Assembly: GCA_965216325.1 (NCBI GenBank)
Contig: OZ244160.1
Coordinates: 2,496,001 to 2,560,000 of the forward strand
Length of the DNA stretch: 64,000 nt
Origin: Coraliomargarita sp.
GTDB lineage: Bacteria > Verrucomicrobiota > Verrucomicrobiia > Opitutales > Coraliomargaritaceae
Direction: 5' to 3'
A program made the position numbers and the translations under genes. A model generated the notes under the pieces. The model saw only the letters and a program-made list of their open reading frames with translations. It did not search any database and was not told the DNA's origin. Of this stretch, positions 1-10,811 are shown piece after piece. Position 1 is the stretch's first letter. Each line of letters begins with the position of its first letter.

Positions 1-117
1 CCAAGCTTGGGTGCGTTTTACGTCTTCAGTCATCGGGGCAGGCTGTAGCCTAAGTTACTCAGAAGCAATACTTGCATCGCAGAGGTTGTCGACCATCTAC
101 GATGGTGCATCGGGGGG

Positions 118-510
118 CTACTTTGACTGCGTTTTAATTAGACTAGGTAGTTTGAATAAGCTGCCGATGTGAAAGATTGCCGACATGCTGATAAGTATAA
201 TTAAGGCAATGTTTAGCTGGAGTGAGTAGATAATGTCCTGCTTGGATCGTTGTGACGGCGGGCTGTAGAGCATGACTTCATTGGTTCTATACCACCTGGT
301 CTCGTGTTCGCTATTCTCTTCGGTAGAGACTGCCTTGATGTTTTTGAGTGCCTCTAGGACATCAGACGCTTTGGCGATGTCAGTGTTCTCTGTAGGTTCA
401 GTGCTGCTGACCATGAGGACTGGCGTTGATTTCTCTATTTTGATTCCTGCGGAGAACATGAGTAGCCCGTGGATAATCACTGACGCGGTGATTAAAATTT
501 TTACGTTCAT
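118..510 (-). CDS. Hypothetical membrane protein
   Basis: ORF 118..534, probable ATG start at 510 (MNVKILITASVII); hydrophobic segments at both ends; no recognisable family. Confidence 0.5.
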   Translation of the reverse strand: MNVKILITASVIIHGLLMFSAGIKIEKSTPVLMVSSTEPTENTDIAKASDVLEALKNIKAVSTEENSEHETRWYRTNEVMLYSPPSQRSKQDIIYSLQLNIALIILISMSAIFHIGSLFKLPSLIKTQSK

Positions 511-563
511 TCTGTCCTCTGGCGGTGGAGGCACACTCGGCTTTAGGTGTGTGGTGGGGAGGT

Positions 564-2135
564 CTATTCCTTGGGAATGCGTAGTGCGATGAGACAGACG
601 TCGTCTGCCAGGTCGCTGCTTTGGGTGAAGTCTTGAACGGCCTGCAAGAGACCGTCGAGCATGATGGGAAGTTGATCGTTCCGGTGTTCGGTCAGGAAGT
701 CGATCATGCGTTGCTCGCTGTATTCGTCGTCGCCTAAGGCTGCCTCCGCGATGCCGTCGGTGTAGAGCATAATCTCATCGCCGTGCTGAAGGTTTTTCGA
801 ATGTTGGCTGTAGTCAATGTCCGGCAGTAAGCCTAATACAGGACCGATGTTGGCTTTTTGAAAGCCTTCAGCTTGCTGGCAGGCGTCTGCTGGGACAAAG
901 ATGCCATGGCGCGCGCCTGCTTGGACGTAGCTGAGTTGCCGATTATTCAGGTCGAGATAGCAATAGGCTGCGGTCGCGAACATCATTTGTCCCGAGGGTT
1001 GCATCCCGTGGTGCAGAATTTTGTTCAGACGAGTCATGAATTCGGCCGGTTGAGTTGCGAACTCCGAGAGTTGCTGAACGGCGATTTGAATCATTGCGGT
1101 GACCATGGCTGCGCGCACCCCGTGGCCCATGACATCGGCAATCATGATGGCGGCCCCACCGTCTGGGGTTTTGGTCACGGAAAAGAAGTCGCCACTTTAG
1201 TGAAAGGAGGGCACGTATTTGGTCGCTACCTCCAGCAGGAGCTTGCCCTCAGTTGAGGCAAAGCTCGGCAAGCCTTGCTGCATCAGGGTGTCCTGCAGAT
1301 TGCGAGCCAGCATCAATTCCGACTGCATACGAGCGTGATTACGCTCCAGTTCTTCGTGGAGCTGCTTTTCTTCTGTGACGTCACGGGAGAGTCCGAATGA
1401 GCCGGCTAGGTAACCCGAGCGGGTGTGCAGTGGAAGTTTGCGTGAGGCGACCCAAGAGCGCACGCCATCGTGGTACACTTCTTCCTCTTTGTAGACTTCT
1501 TTGAGTTCACCTGTTGCGATCTTGCGTTCATCGTCGTAGGCATCTTGTGCGTGCACTTCGTCGAAGAAGTCGAAGTCGCATTTGCCGAGCACATCCTTAG
1601 GGGCTTGTTTTTCACAGCGATCGACGAGGTATTGACTGACGGCAAGGAAGCGTGAGTCGGCATCCTTGAAGTAGATATACTCATCGAGATGTTCCATCAT
1701 AGTCTGGAATAACCAGCGCGGTGAAACATTGTTGCTATAGTAATCGCCCGACACGGAGTTGTCCAAATTCAGTGCCTTACGCTTCGAGTGATACTGGGCT
1801 GCTTCAGCTAAACCGGATTGGAGTGATTCGGGTGTGTCTTTGCAAAAGAAGACCGCACGCCCCACACGAGGGTGGTGGTTGAGTTCATCGACTTTATCCG
1901 CATAGCGCTCCTGCTCTAAGATGAAGAGGGTGACGGGCGGCACGTTCCAATCACAGACGGTGGCCGCGAGTCGCTTGAGGTTACGAATACTGGGCCCTGC
2001 AATGAGGATCTCGATGTTGAGGTCGGATGCGGTGATCGGGAAACTGACTTCGCGCACATCCATCCCTGCAAAGTGTGGACTTTCACGTATCGCAGTCGCT
2101 GATGATGCATCGCATGAGATGTAGCAGACTGCCAT
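564..2135 (-). pseudogene. PAS-domain SpoIIE/PP2C (RsbU-like) phosphatase interrupted by one in-frame TAA at 1197-1199
   Basis: ORFs 1197..2135 (PAS, coiled coil, ELMLARNLQDTL) and 564..1178 (IADVMGHG, LYTDGIAEA, DDVCLI) are in the same frame; the junction reads YVPSFH*SGDFFSVTK. Confidence 0.8.
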
Positions 2136-2437
2136 GGTGATTTGAGGGGGAGAGGGTTGTTTCTGCCGCTCAGTGGAAGCGACACTCGGACCACTGTGGC
2201 TGAACCAGAGCTTTAGCTCAATCTATTTTAGATGTTTCAACGCTGAGTTCGGAGGCGGTTTGGTCAAGCTGTTGGGCGGTCCGCATCGGTGGTGTGAACG
2301 CGTCGTCGCCTGCCTCTGCAGGGGGTGTGAGGCTCCAGTGGAGAGTAGGCTGCTGGCGTGTGGCGCTTCCGGCATGTTGTATGATTCAGAGTCCAGCTCG
2401 TGTTGGACGGGTGAATCTGTGTGCCAGCCCGAAGGGC

Positions 2438-4753
2438 TTAGCCTTGTTCTTGTGCTAGGACGGCCACCTTAGTTTTTGCTGCGGCGTTGTTCGAGTTGAC
2501 GACTTTTAAGTAAAGGCGGGCCGATTCTTCTTTATTGACTGGTGTGCCGAGACCGCGCGCGTAGCAAATCGCGAGATTTGCGACTGCTTCCATGTGGTCC
2601 TGATCTGCAGCTTGCTTGAAGAGCGTAAAAGCCTTGGTGGCATTACGTGTGACACCTTCGCCACTGCTATAGCATACGGCGAGTTGATTGATGGAATTCA
2701 GATGGTCCCGATCAGCCGCTTGTGTATACCACTTGTAGGCTGCTTCTTTGTTCTTGTCGATTCCGGTGCCGTTGGTGAGGCGGCGCGCAATCTGATACAT
2801 TGCTTCAGTGTCGCCGCGCTCTGCAGCTTGCTGGAAGTAGCGGGACGCACGCTTTTCGTCAACGCGCACAGTGCCATCGCTGTAAACTTGGCCGAGGCGC
2901 AGTAGGGCGGCACGGTCTCCGAATTGAGCAGAGCGTTGCAGCCACTCAACGCCCTTGTTGGTGTCGCTGCGACCTGTAGTTCCATCAATGAAGGCCTCAC
3001 CTAGATAGTTCATTGCCGAGAGATTGTTTGCTTCGGCAGCTTTGGTGAACCACTCGAGACCGAGTCTCTTATCCTCAACAACTCCGATGTTCTCCATGTA
3101 GCAACGGCCAAGTTGGGCCATGCCCTCGGTTGAACCCATATCGGCCGCACGTTTATACCAGCTGTATGCTTTTTTTGCGTCCTTCGGGACGTGGATGCCT
3201 TCTTCGTAGCAGTGCCCCATTTTTACCATGCCAATCGGGTCGCCAATCTCGGCAGCCTTGCGGTAGTTGTCGAACGCGTCAAAAGGCTCTTTCCCTGCGA
3301 TTAAGCCATCTTCATAGATTTCGCCGAGTAACACCATGGACGGTGCGTGATCTTTACCCACAGCATCCTTCAGGTAGATGGTTGCTTCGAAGGCATCTTT
3401 TTCACCGCCCCAGCCGTTGAGTTCCGCGAGTGCCATGGAGTAGCTGCCGGCTGGGATGCCTTGTTGATCAAGTGCTCTCCATTGGTCAATGAGGACGTCG
3501 ATATACTCGCGATTGCGATCGAGTGTATATTCGTAAAAATCATATCCGTGGAAGGTGACCACATACGGACGGTAGTTGCGGTTGATGATTGCTTTCTCCA
3601 AATCGGCCATGGTTGGTTGCAGGCCAAAGAGTTTGAGTTTGAAATTCATCTCCTCCTGAAAGGGCAGTTGATCGCCAGTTTCGATTTCACGCAGTTGACT
3701 GAGGAGATCTGCTGAGATTGGCTCAAGCGCTTCATTTTCAGCCAGAGCGACGAGTCCTTTCATATTATTGCTGAGGTTCTCCGTGTTCTTCGCGAGGAAG
3801 GTCAGCATGAGGTCGTCACCAGTATGAACTGCCCAAAGTAATGGGTTTAGACGCACCCCGGAACTGCCGTTTTGAGAGGTGTTTGCGCTACTTTCAAGAT
3901 CCTCTGCTGTGGTGGATGCGTCAGCTTTGAGCAGGTAATTGGCAGCTTGAATTTCGCCTTTTTGAGCTGCAACAGAAAGGGCTGTCTGGCCATTTGCGTT
4001 GTATGCATCGATCTCGAATTCAAGCTCAATGAGTTTCTTTAGCATCATGGCACCGCCTTTGCCTTTCTGCACGCAGATCGTGAGCGCATCACCATGAATG
4101 TCAGAAGGGGGGAGGTAGCCAGCAGCGATGAATTTTTCGACTTGAGAGACGCGGCCGCTTTCGACTGCGTTGAGGAAGTCTTCGGTGTTCAATTTTAAGC
4201 CTGAGTCCATCAACTGGGCTGCAGCTTGGTCGCTTTCAATCAGTTTCTCGAGTGGCACCGCAAATTCATCGCCTGCGGGGGTCTGAATTTTGAGCTGGTT
4301 CCCAACCAGATCGATGAATGCTGCGCTTACAGTGCGACCATCAGTGCTGGTCCAAGTGCGCAAGAGGCCAGTTTCGTTGGCTTCATTGAGCATGCTTACG
4401 CGCTTTTGTACTGCTTCGTAGAGTGCTGTCAGGTTCTCCGCGCCCTTCTCGAGCATTTGAGTGCCTTCTTTGATCTTTTGTTTGCCGGCTTCACGTACGT
4501 GGCTGCGATCAATTGTGAACTTATCCAGTTTTGAATAACGATCTTCAGTGGCAGCTTCCTCTTTGCCAGCCTGAATCAGGCGCACCGCTCTACGGACGCG
4601 GTCTTGCTCTCTTTTTTCGACCTGTCTCTCGTTCGCGCTGAGTTCGAGGCCTTCAGGGCGCTGTAGTGTCGACAAGTCGATGCCTGCAACGGTCTTTGCG
4701 GAGAGCGAGCAACTAATAAGAAATACGAGAACTAATGGGGCAATTCGTAACAT
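2438..4753 (-). CDS. Exported protein with SHD1-like domain, ankyrin-like repeats and Sel1 repeats
   Basis: Signal peptide; RTWTSTDGRTVSAAF...VPLEKLIESDQ (SHD1-like); GQTALSVAAQKG (ankyrin); repeated A..LG..Y..G.GV..D...A..WY.KAA units. Confidence 0.85.
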   Translation of the reverse strand: MLRIAPLVLVFLISCSLSAKTVAGIDLSTLQRPEGLELSANERQVEKREQDRVRRAVRLIQAGKEEAATEDRYSKLDKFTIDRSHVREAGKQKIKEGTQMLEKGAENLTALYEAVQKRVSMLNEANETGLLRTWTSTDGRTVSAAFIDLVGNQLKIQTPAGDEFAVPLEKLIESDQAAAQLMDSGLKLNTEDFLNAVESGRVSQVEKFIAAGYLPPSDIHGDALTICVQKGKGGAMMLKKLIELEFEIDAYNANGQTALSVAAQKGEIQAANYLLKADASTTAEDLESSANTSQNGSSGVRLNPLLWAVHTGDDLMLTFLAKNTENLSNNMKGLVALAENEALEPISADLLSQLREIETGDQLPFQEEMNFKLKLFGLQPTMADLEKAIINRNYRPYVVTFHGYDFYEYTLDRNREYIDVLIDQWRALDQQGIPAGSYSMALAELNGWGGEKDAFEATIYLKDAVGKDHAPSMVLLGEIYEDGLIAGKEPFDAFDNYRKAAEIGDPIGMVKMGHCYEEGIHVPKDAKKAYSWYKRAADMGSTEGMAQLGRCYMENIGVVEDKRLGLEWFTKAAEANNLSAMNYLGEAFIDGTTGRSDTNKGVEWLQRSAQFGDRAALLRLGQVYSDGTVRVDEKRASRYFQQAAERGDTEAMYQIARRLTNGTGIDKNKEAAYKWYTQAADRDHLNSINQLAVCYSSGEGVTRNATKAFTLFKQAADQDHMEAVANLAICYARGLGTPVNKEESARLYLKVVNSNNAAAKTKVAVLAQEQG

Positions 4754-4901
4754 CAGGTTTTTATATTCTGTGATAATTTGGGATTTCAGAAGGGATCTAG
4801 TCCACGGAAGGGGTCATAGCAAAGTGGCTTCGGCCTCGAAGTCTATAGCATATTCGTCGATTGAGCGTGATTCGTGATCTTTTTAACAACGAAGATCGCC
4901 G

Positions 4902-5579
4902 CTAGTAGCGAATTGATTTTAGACCAAAGCCAGCTTCGGTTAGGATTTCGAAGGCTTGTTGGCTGTGGTCCAGTAACTTTGCCAGATTGGGCCGCATGAG
5001 GAGCTGGAAGTTCATACCAGTCTCGGTGACGACGATATGTAGGTCGAGGCTAGGCAATTTGAGTTCAAAACTGGAGGCGTTCGGAGCATAATCGAGGCGA
5101 TCCGCGAGCTCTGGGATTGCCTCGATGCAGTCGATTTTGGCTTCCAAGTCGACTGCTTGCGCAAATTCGATTTCGAGGCGATCACAATGGTGGCCGAAAC
5201 ACTGGTGAAAGCGGCTGTCTTGAGCGATTTGCGGATTGTGTAGATGAGTGATCGTGGTGCTGAGCACGTAGTTCTTGGGGTCTTCGTTGGACTGGTCGAC
5301 GTAGATCTCGAGGTCGAAGTCGGGCGTTTTGATCAATGCGGAGCCGTCTTCACAGCTGTAGTCGAGTTCGCGGCGCTTGTAGCCGAACAGTTCCCGCAGG
5401 TCGCGATGCAGTCCTTCGGCGGTGGATTCGACCTCGGGATGGCCTATTTTGCGGACGAAGCCCTGCGCGGCTGTTGAACAGGCATCGGGCACATGGTGGT
5501 GCTTGGAGAATCCGCTGAGTTTACGGATGCGGCCAGTGCTGGAGCCTGTGAGGCGGGTGGATACAGGGCGGTCGGTCAT
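4902..5579 (-). CDS. Hypothetical protein
   Basis: 225-aa ORF divergent from rpmI, protein-like composition. Confidence 0.7.
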   Translation of the reverse strand: MTDRPVSTRLTGSSTGRIRKLSGFSKHHHVPDACSTAAQGFVRKIGHPEVESTAEGLHRDLRELFGYKRRELDYSCEDGSALIKTPDFDLEIYVDQSNEDPKNYVLSTTITHLHNPQIAQDSRFHQCFGHHCDRLEIEFAQAVDLEAKIDCIEAIPELADRLDYAPNASSFELKLPSLDLHIVVTETGMNFQLLMRPNLAKLLDHSQQAFEILTEAGFGLKSIRY

Positions 5580-5727
5580 GTTGGAGTATCGAATTCTGAC
5601 TCTTCGCGCATTTTGGGCGCGGATTCAACGCTCAAAAACAGGTCTAAATCCCTGACAGAAAAGCGCAGAATGTGCTTTACAAGATCGCCGTGAAGCTGTG
5701 TTTTGCTCGGCTTTCCAAAAATTTCTC

Positions 5728-5919
5728 ATGCAGAAAACACGTAAATCCATCGCCAAACGCTTCAAGAAGACAGGCACCGGTAAGCTCTTGCGTCGCACGC
5801 CAGGCCACCGTCACCTTCTTCGCAACAAGAGTGTGAAGCAACGCCGCCGTGCTGGTAGCAGCAAGCTCGTCGCTGACGGGCAACGCGCTAACATCATCCG
5901 CGCTTTGCCATTCGCTTAA
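5728..5919 (+). CDS. rpmI: 50S ribosomal protein L35
   Basis: MQKTRKSIAKRFKKTGTGKLLRRTPGHRHLL; directly upstream of rplT. Confidence 0.97.
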   Translation: MQKTRKSIAKRFKKTGTGKLLRRTPGHRHLLRNKSVKQRRRAGSSKLVADGQRANIIRALPFA

Positions 5920-6007
5920 GTCGTCGAACGTTTGACAACAAGAACTCACGCTCGCCGGGTAACATGAAAATGGGCGACCTGGCAGCGACCTAAACGAGAG
6001 AGATACA

Positions 6008-6376
<369 letters not shown>

Positions 6377-6402
6377 CACTCAGACGAAACTCTGATTTTA
6401 AT

Positions 6403-6437
6403 AAAAAGGCCGATCCGTTTAACGGGTCGGCCTTTTT
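6403..6437. terminator. Probable bidirectional intrinsic terminator
   Basis: AAAAAGGCCGATCCG-TTTAA-CGGGTCGGCCTTTTT between convergent rplT and the M16 peptidase gene. Confidence 0.9.
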
Positions 6438-6635
6438 GTTGTGTGAGTGCTGAGGTCGGGCAGTTTCGCGAGACTGTTGCTTGTAGAACGTGCGAATATT
6501 ACTCTCAGGTTGGCGAGCGTATTGCGAGCGGCCGTCACGGCGTACCTTAAGTTGGCCTCCTGGCTAGAATTCGGCCTGTTTAATGGTTTTCTCGAAGCAG
6601 TGATGAATGGATGCCGCTGGGTGGGGGCGCTGCAT

Positions 6636-9600
6636 CTACTCGCTCTCGTAAATCAGCTCGCCTTGTTGGATGGCGTTTTGGAGTAGGCTGAGATCATCGA
6701 TGAAGCTATAGTTCTCTTTGTCACCCCAGTTCCAAGTGCGTCCGAGGATGTAATGACGAATCGTGGTGCCTTCTTCGACTGCTGGGATGGTCACTGTGTC
6801 GGATACAGTGCTAATGACTTGAGCTGCCATGTCGCCCTCACGCTCGAGTTTGGAGATGACGACTAGATTGTCGTTTACTTGGTAAATATGGTCGATTTTG
6901 ACGGACCAGCCTGCGTCAGGCGTGTCGATGCGAACCGTGACTTTCTGGGTTTGTGCAGTGCTAGTTGGGAGCGAGGCTGGATTTGCTTCGCCAAAGGAAC
7001 CCGCCATGGCCTTGCTTAGATTCTTGGGGTTGAGGTGTTTCTTGATGGCGGCGTTTACATCTGCGGCCGTGATGCTGTCGAGTTGCTGCGGGTATAGATC
7101 GACGTAGTCAGCGCCCATGCCGCGCTGCACGAAGCTGTGGACTTGCCCCGCGATACTGCCAGTGGTGGACAGTCTCACCATGTAGGATCCTTTGAGGGTT
7201 TGGATTGCAGCTTGGACTTCCTCTTCAGTGACGCCGTTGGCATACCAGTCTTTGAGCACGCTGTCGGTGGCATTGAGTCCATCGTTGAGCATTGCCGGTG
7301 CAAGGCTGACGCCGAGTTGCCAATTGCCTGCAGTCATAATGTCGCCGGTGTGATGGCTGTAGATGCTGTAGGTCAGGCCCCGTTTTTTGCGCACTTCCTG
7401 CATGAGCTTTGAGCTAAAGCTGCCTCCGAGTAGATAGTTGCCGACCATAAACGGTAGATACTCCTCATCGGTGCGTCGTAGTTCGGTGTTGTAACCGTAG
7501 CGGACTGAGACGCTCGGCTTGTCACTGATCCGAATGCGCTCGCTGCGTGCTTCGTTTTCGAGGGCTGCAGGGTGCTCGGCCGGATAATCGACGCCTCCGC
7601 TCCAATCGCCAAATGCGGTTTCAACTGCCGCGCTGAGTTGGTCGAAGTTGATGTCACCGGCAAAGACTAATGTCATCGACTTCGGTCCATAGTGCTCAGT
7701 GTGAAAGGTCCGAATGTCTTCGATTGTAGTCTCATCTAGATCGGCGAGCAATGTCTCGATCTTTTCACTGTAATTGGGGTGGCCGACCGGATAGAGTTGG
7801 CGGCTCAACTCGGCTTCGGCAAGATAGTCCGTGCTCTCCAGTGCTTGGAGTAGGCCGGCTTTCTGGCGTGTTTTGAGTGTTTCTAGCACGTCGGGGTCAA
7901 ATGCTGGCAGGCGCAGTTGCTCAGCCAGTAGGCCCATTACAAGTCCCGCGTCATTGCTGAGGAATTGCCCGGAGAAACTTAGGCTATGCGAGTCGGCTGC
8001 AAAGGTGATTCCCGCGCCGAGGGTGTCGAGTCGTTTGGCGATAGCGAAGCGATCATTGCGCTCGGTTCCCTGGTCAAGCATAGCTGCAGTCAGGCTAGCC
8101 AAGGTCGGAGCATCGGCTGGGCTGAGGCTGTCACCAGCTGCGAAGCTCCCCACAAACGAGACTACGTCGTTGATCGGCACATCGATCGCGATGAGCTCGA
8201 TTCCACCGATCGTAGTGCGCTGCATTTTACTGGCGAAGTCGACTACGGTTGGTGCGCTTGGGCTGAGTTCTGCTGGCGAGGATGGATGGTTTTGTTCGGA
8301 GTCGAAGATCTCGGGGTCGCGAAAATAGTTGGGGCCATGGATGCGCCCGTTGTCGCTGGCCACGGTTGTGTCTTGTGGCACGAACCAGCCGGTGGTGCTG
8401 TTGCGCGGGATAAAGTAGTCTCTCGCGACTCGCTGGATATCTTCGATGGTTACGTTTTGAATGGCCTCTGGAATGGTCACGTAGGTTGTCCAGTCACCCA
8501 TTGCGATGGCTTCGTTGATCTCCGAGGCTATGGCATATGGGCCGTCACGACCATACACGGTGTTGGCTTGAATCACCGATTTTGCTCGGGCGAGTTCGTC
8601 CTGGGAGACGCCGTTTGCGACGACTCTGCCAATTTCGTCCAACATAATCGACTCGGTTTCTTCATGTGTGGCATCGGGCGTCATGTAGGCGGCGAAGAAA
8701 AACAGGCTCGGGTCGCGAAGTTGTGGGGCAAAGGTGTAGGTGGCGCTTGCCTTGCCTTTGTCGTCGAGTGCTCGGTAGAGGCGGCCCGTCTTGTCAGCGC
8801 CGATCATTTGTTGCAGGAGCCAAAGTGCGGCCCAGTCATCGTGCGTGCCGGCCGGCACTTTGTAGGCAATGGCGACCACCCCAACTTGGCCTGGGCGCTC
8901 GATGGTTAGGCGGCGTGCTCCAAGCTGCTCAGGCTCAATCGTTTCTACTTGAGGGATGGGGTTGGGGGAGTTGGGGACTTCGGCATAGTGCTCGATGATC
9001 GCATCCAGTGTGTGGACTTTGTCAAAGCCGCCAATGATGGTCAGGTAGGTGTTTTCTGGCCAATAGAAGATGTCGTAAAATTCGCGCAGTTTCTGCGTAT
9101 TCGTGTTTTCTATATCAGAGAGCCAGCCGATGGTTGGGTGTCCATATGGCTGTGCCATAAAGGCGGTGGCGTAGATTTCTTTGATTAAAGTGCGAATCGG
9201 GTTGTTCTCGCCGCGCTCATATTCGTTGCGGACGACGGTCATTTCAGATGCCAGATCTTCCTCGCGAATGCGTAGGTTGCGCATGCGGTCTGCCTCCAAT
9301 TCAATCGCGAGTGAAACATACTCACTGGGTAGGACGGCATAGTAGTTGGTGCGGTCGAAGTAGGTGGTGGCGTTGGAGCGCGCACCGATTCGCTCCATTT
9401 GGCTGGAGTAATCCGAGCCGTCACTGCTGTTGAAGCGCTCTGTGCCTTTGAACATCATGTGCTCCAAGATATGAGTCGCGCCGGTGGTGCCGGTCACTTC
9501 GTTGCGCGAGCCGACCATATAGGTCACCATGACGCTGGCCACAGGGAGGCACTTGTTGGGAACCAGCAGCACGCGTAGGTTGTTACTCGTCAGCTGATAC

Positions 9601-9731
9601 TCCTCGATTCCGTTGAGCGTTTGGATGTGCTCAACCCCATCGGGGAGCGATGCGTCCGGTGCGGGGTTGTTCGCCCCAAATAGGCTGGCGCTGATCGCGA
9701 GGGATGAAAGAAAAAGACTTAGAAACTTCAT
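6636..9731 (-). CDS. Exported M16 (pitrilysin-family) zinc peptidase, single chain, with extra C-terminal domain
   Basis: Signal peptide; inverted zinc motif HILEH; NATTYFDRTNY; second M16 half with VRKKRGLTYSI. Confidence 0.92.
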   Translation of the reverse strand: MKFLSLFLSSLAISASLFGANNPAPDASLPDGVEHIQTLNGIEEYQLTSNNLRVLLVPNKCLPVASVMVTYMVGSRNEVTGTTGATHILEHMMFKGTERFNSSDGSDYSSQMERIGARSNATTYFDRTNYYAVLPSEYVSLAIELEADRMRNLRIREEDLASEMTVVRNEYERGENNPIRTLIKEIYATAFMAQPYGHPTIGWLSDIENTNTQKLREFYDIFYWPENTYLTIIGGFDKVHTLDAIIEHYAEVPNSPNPIPQVETIEPEQLGARRLTIERPGQVGVVAIAYKVPAGTHDDWAALWLLQQMIGADKTGRLYRALDDKGKASATYTFAPQLRDPSLFFFAAYMTPDATHEETESIMLDEIGRVVANGVSQDELARAKSVIQANTVYGRDGPYAIASEINEAIAMGDWTTYVTIPEAIQNVTIEDIQRVARDYFIPRNSTTGWFVPQDTTVASDNGRIHGPNYFRDPEIFDSEQNHPSSPAELSPSAPTVVDFASKMQRTTIGGIELIAIDVPINDVVSFVGSFAAGDSLSPADAPTLASLTAAMLDQGTERNDRFAIAKRLDTLGAGITFAADSHSLSFSGQFLSNDAGLVMGLLAEQLRLPAFDPDVLETLKTRQKAGLLQALESTDYLAEAELSRQLYPVGHPNYSEKIETLLADLDETTIEDIRTFHTEHYGPKSMTLVFAGDINFDQLSAAVETAFGDWSGGVDYPAEHPAALENEARSERIRISDKPSVSVRYGYNTELRRTDEEYLPFMVGNYLLGGSFSSKLMQEVRKKRGLTYSIYSHHTGDIMTAGNWQLGVSLAPAMLNDGLNATDSVLKDWYANGVTEEEVQAAIQTLKGSYMVRLSTTGSIAGQVHSFVQRGMGADYVDLYPQQLDSITAADVNAAIKKHLNPKNLSKAMAGSFGEANPASLPTSTAQTQKVTVRIDTPDAGWSVKIDHIYQVNDNLVVISKLEREGDMAAQVISTVSDTVTIPAVEEGTTIRHYILGRTWNWGDKENYSFIDDLSLLQNAIQQGELIYESE

Positions 9732-9799
9732 TGCAGTTGAGTGGAAGAGTCAACAAGTGGGCACAATGGTTCCCTCTTCCTTAACTGCAAGTATTCCGC

Positions 9800-10717
9800 C
9801 TAATCTTTTTGAGCTTCTTCAGCTTCGAGTTGATTGAGGTCCTTTGATGTCAGGAGATCGATCAACTTCTTCATCGCAGGTGTGAGGACTCGGCCCTTGC
9901 GGTGAATGAGTGCCAGCGGACGCTTGTACACCTGATTACTGAAGGTGAGGACCTTGAGCAAGCCTTGAGCTTCTTCTCGAGTCACCGTGGTGCGTGGCAG
10001 GATGGCGATACCAGCGTTGATTTCGACCGCTCGTTTGACAGTCTCGACGTTGTCGAACTCCATGACCGGGTCGGCTTCGATATTGGCTTCTTTGAAAATC
10101 TGATCGGTGGCTTTACGGGTCGGAATATCTGGCTCGAAGCCGATAAACTTTTGTCCTGCGACGTCTTGGATGTCAAGTTCGCTACGGCCTGCGAATTCGT
10201 GGTCGGGGCTAACGACTAGCACGAGTTCGTCATCGTGGAACGGCAGCACCTCGAGTTGCTTGTGCTTCTGTGGGTATGCGATGAGTCCGAGGTCGATCGA
10301 GTTGGTTAGCACGTCCTCGTAGACCATATTCGCACGGCGGTATTCCACACGCACATTGACTTCCGGATACTTGGCCAGGAAGACTTTTACATAAGGTGGT
10401 AGCTCGTGTAGCCCAATGCTGTAAACAGTGGAAATGTGAATGGTGCCGCTGATGACCTTCTTCATCTCTTGCAACTCGCTGTTCAGCTTGTCGTAGAGGT
10501 AGAGGATCTCCTTTGCAGATTCGTAGAGCTTTTGACCTTCGCGCGTTAGGCGAAATTGTTTCTGGCTGCGATCAACAATCAGAATGTTGAAGTGTTTTTC
10601 CATCGCACGCAGTTGCTGGCTCACCGCAGATTGGGTGATGCCATTGAGTTTGGCCGCGCGGGAGAAGCTCTCGCTTTCCACAAGATCAGAAAAGATTTTA
10701 AAATTTTCTACGTGCAT
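9800..10717 (-). CDS. LysR-family transcriptional regulator
   Basis: SFSRAAKLNGITQSAVSQQLRAME HTH plus substrate-binding domain (EFDNVETVKRAVE). Confidence 0.95.
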   Translation of the reverse strand: MHVENFKIFSDLVESESFSRAAKLNGITQSAVSQQLRAMEKHFNILIVDRSQKQFRLTREGQKLYESAKEILYLYDKLNSELQEMKKVISGTIHISTVYSIGLHELPPYVKVFLAKYPEVNVRVEYRRANMVYEDVLTNSIDLGLIAYPQKHKQLEVLPFHDDELVLVVSPDHEFAGRSELDIQDVAGQKFIGFEPDIPTRKATDQIFKEANIEADPVMEFDNVETVKRAVEINAGIAILPRTTVTREEAQGLLKVLTFSNQVYKRPLALIHRKGRVLTPAMKKLIDLLTSKDLNQLEAEEAQKD

Positions 10718-10811
10718 ATGGTGGGTGTATAATTACAACTAATAGGAAATCAAGAATTTAGATAGAAAAACTTATGTTAGGTTTTCTTATATCTGTGTTT
10801 CCTAATAGCCC

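Noticed and set aside
1..33. Possible minus-strand gene start (MTEDVKRTQAW) running off the window
   Set aside because: Eleven codons are too few to support a call.
1197..1199. Selenocysteine/pyrrolysine recoding or an alternative genetic code
   Set aside because: The codon is TAA, not TGA or TAG, and TAA ends many normal genes here (rpmI, rplT).
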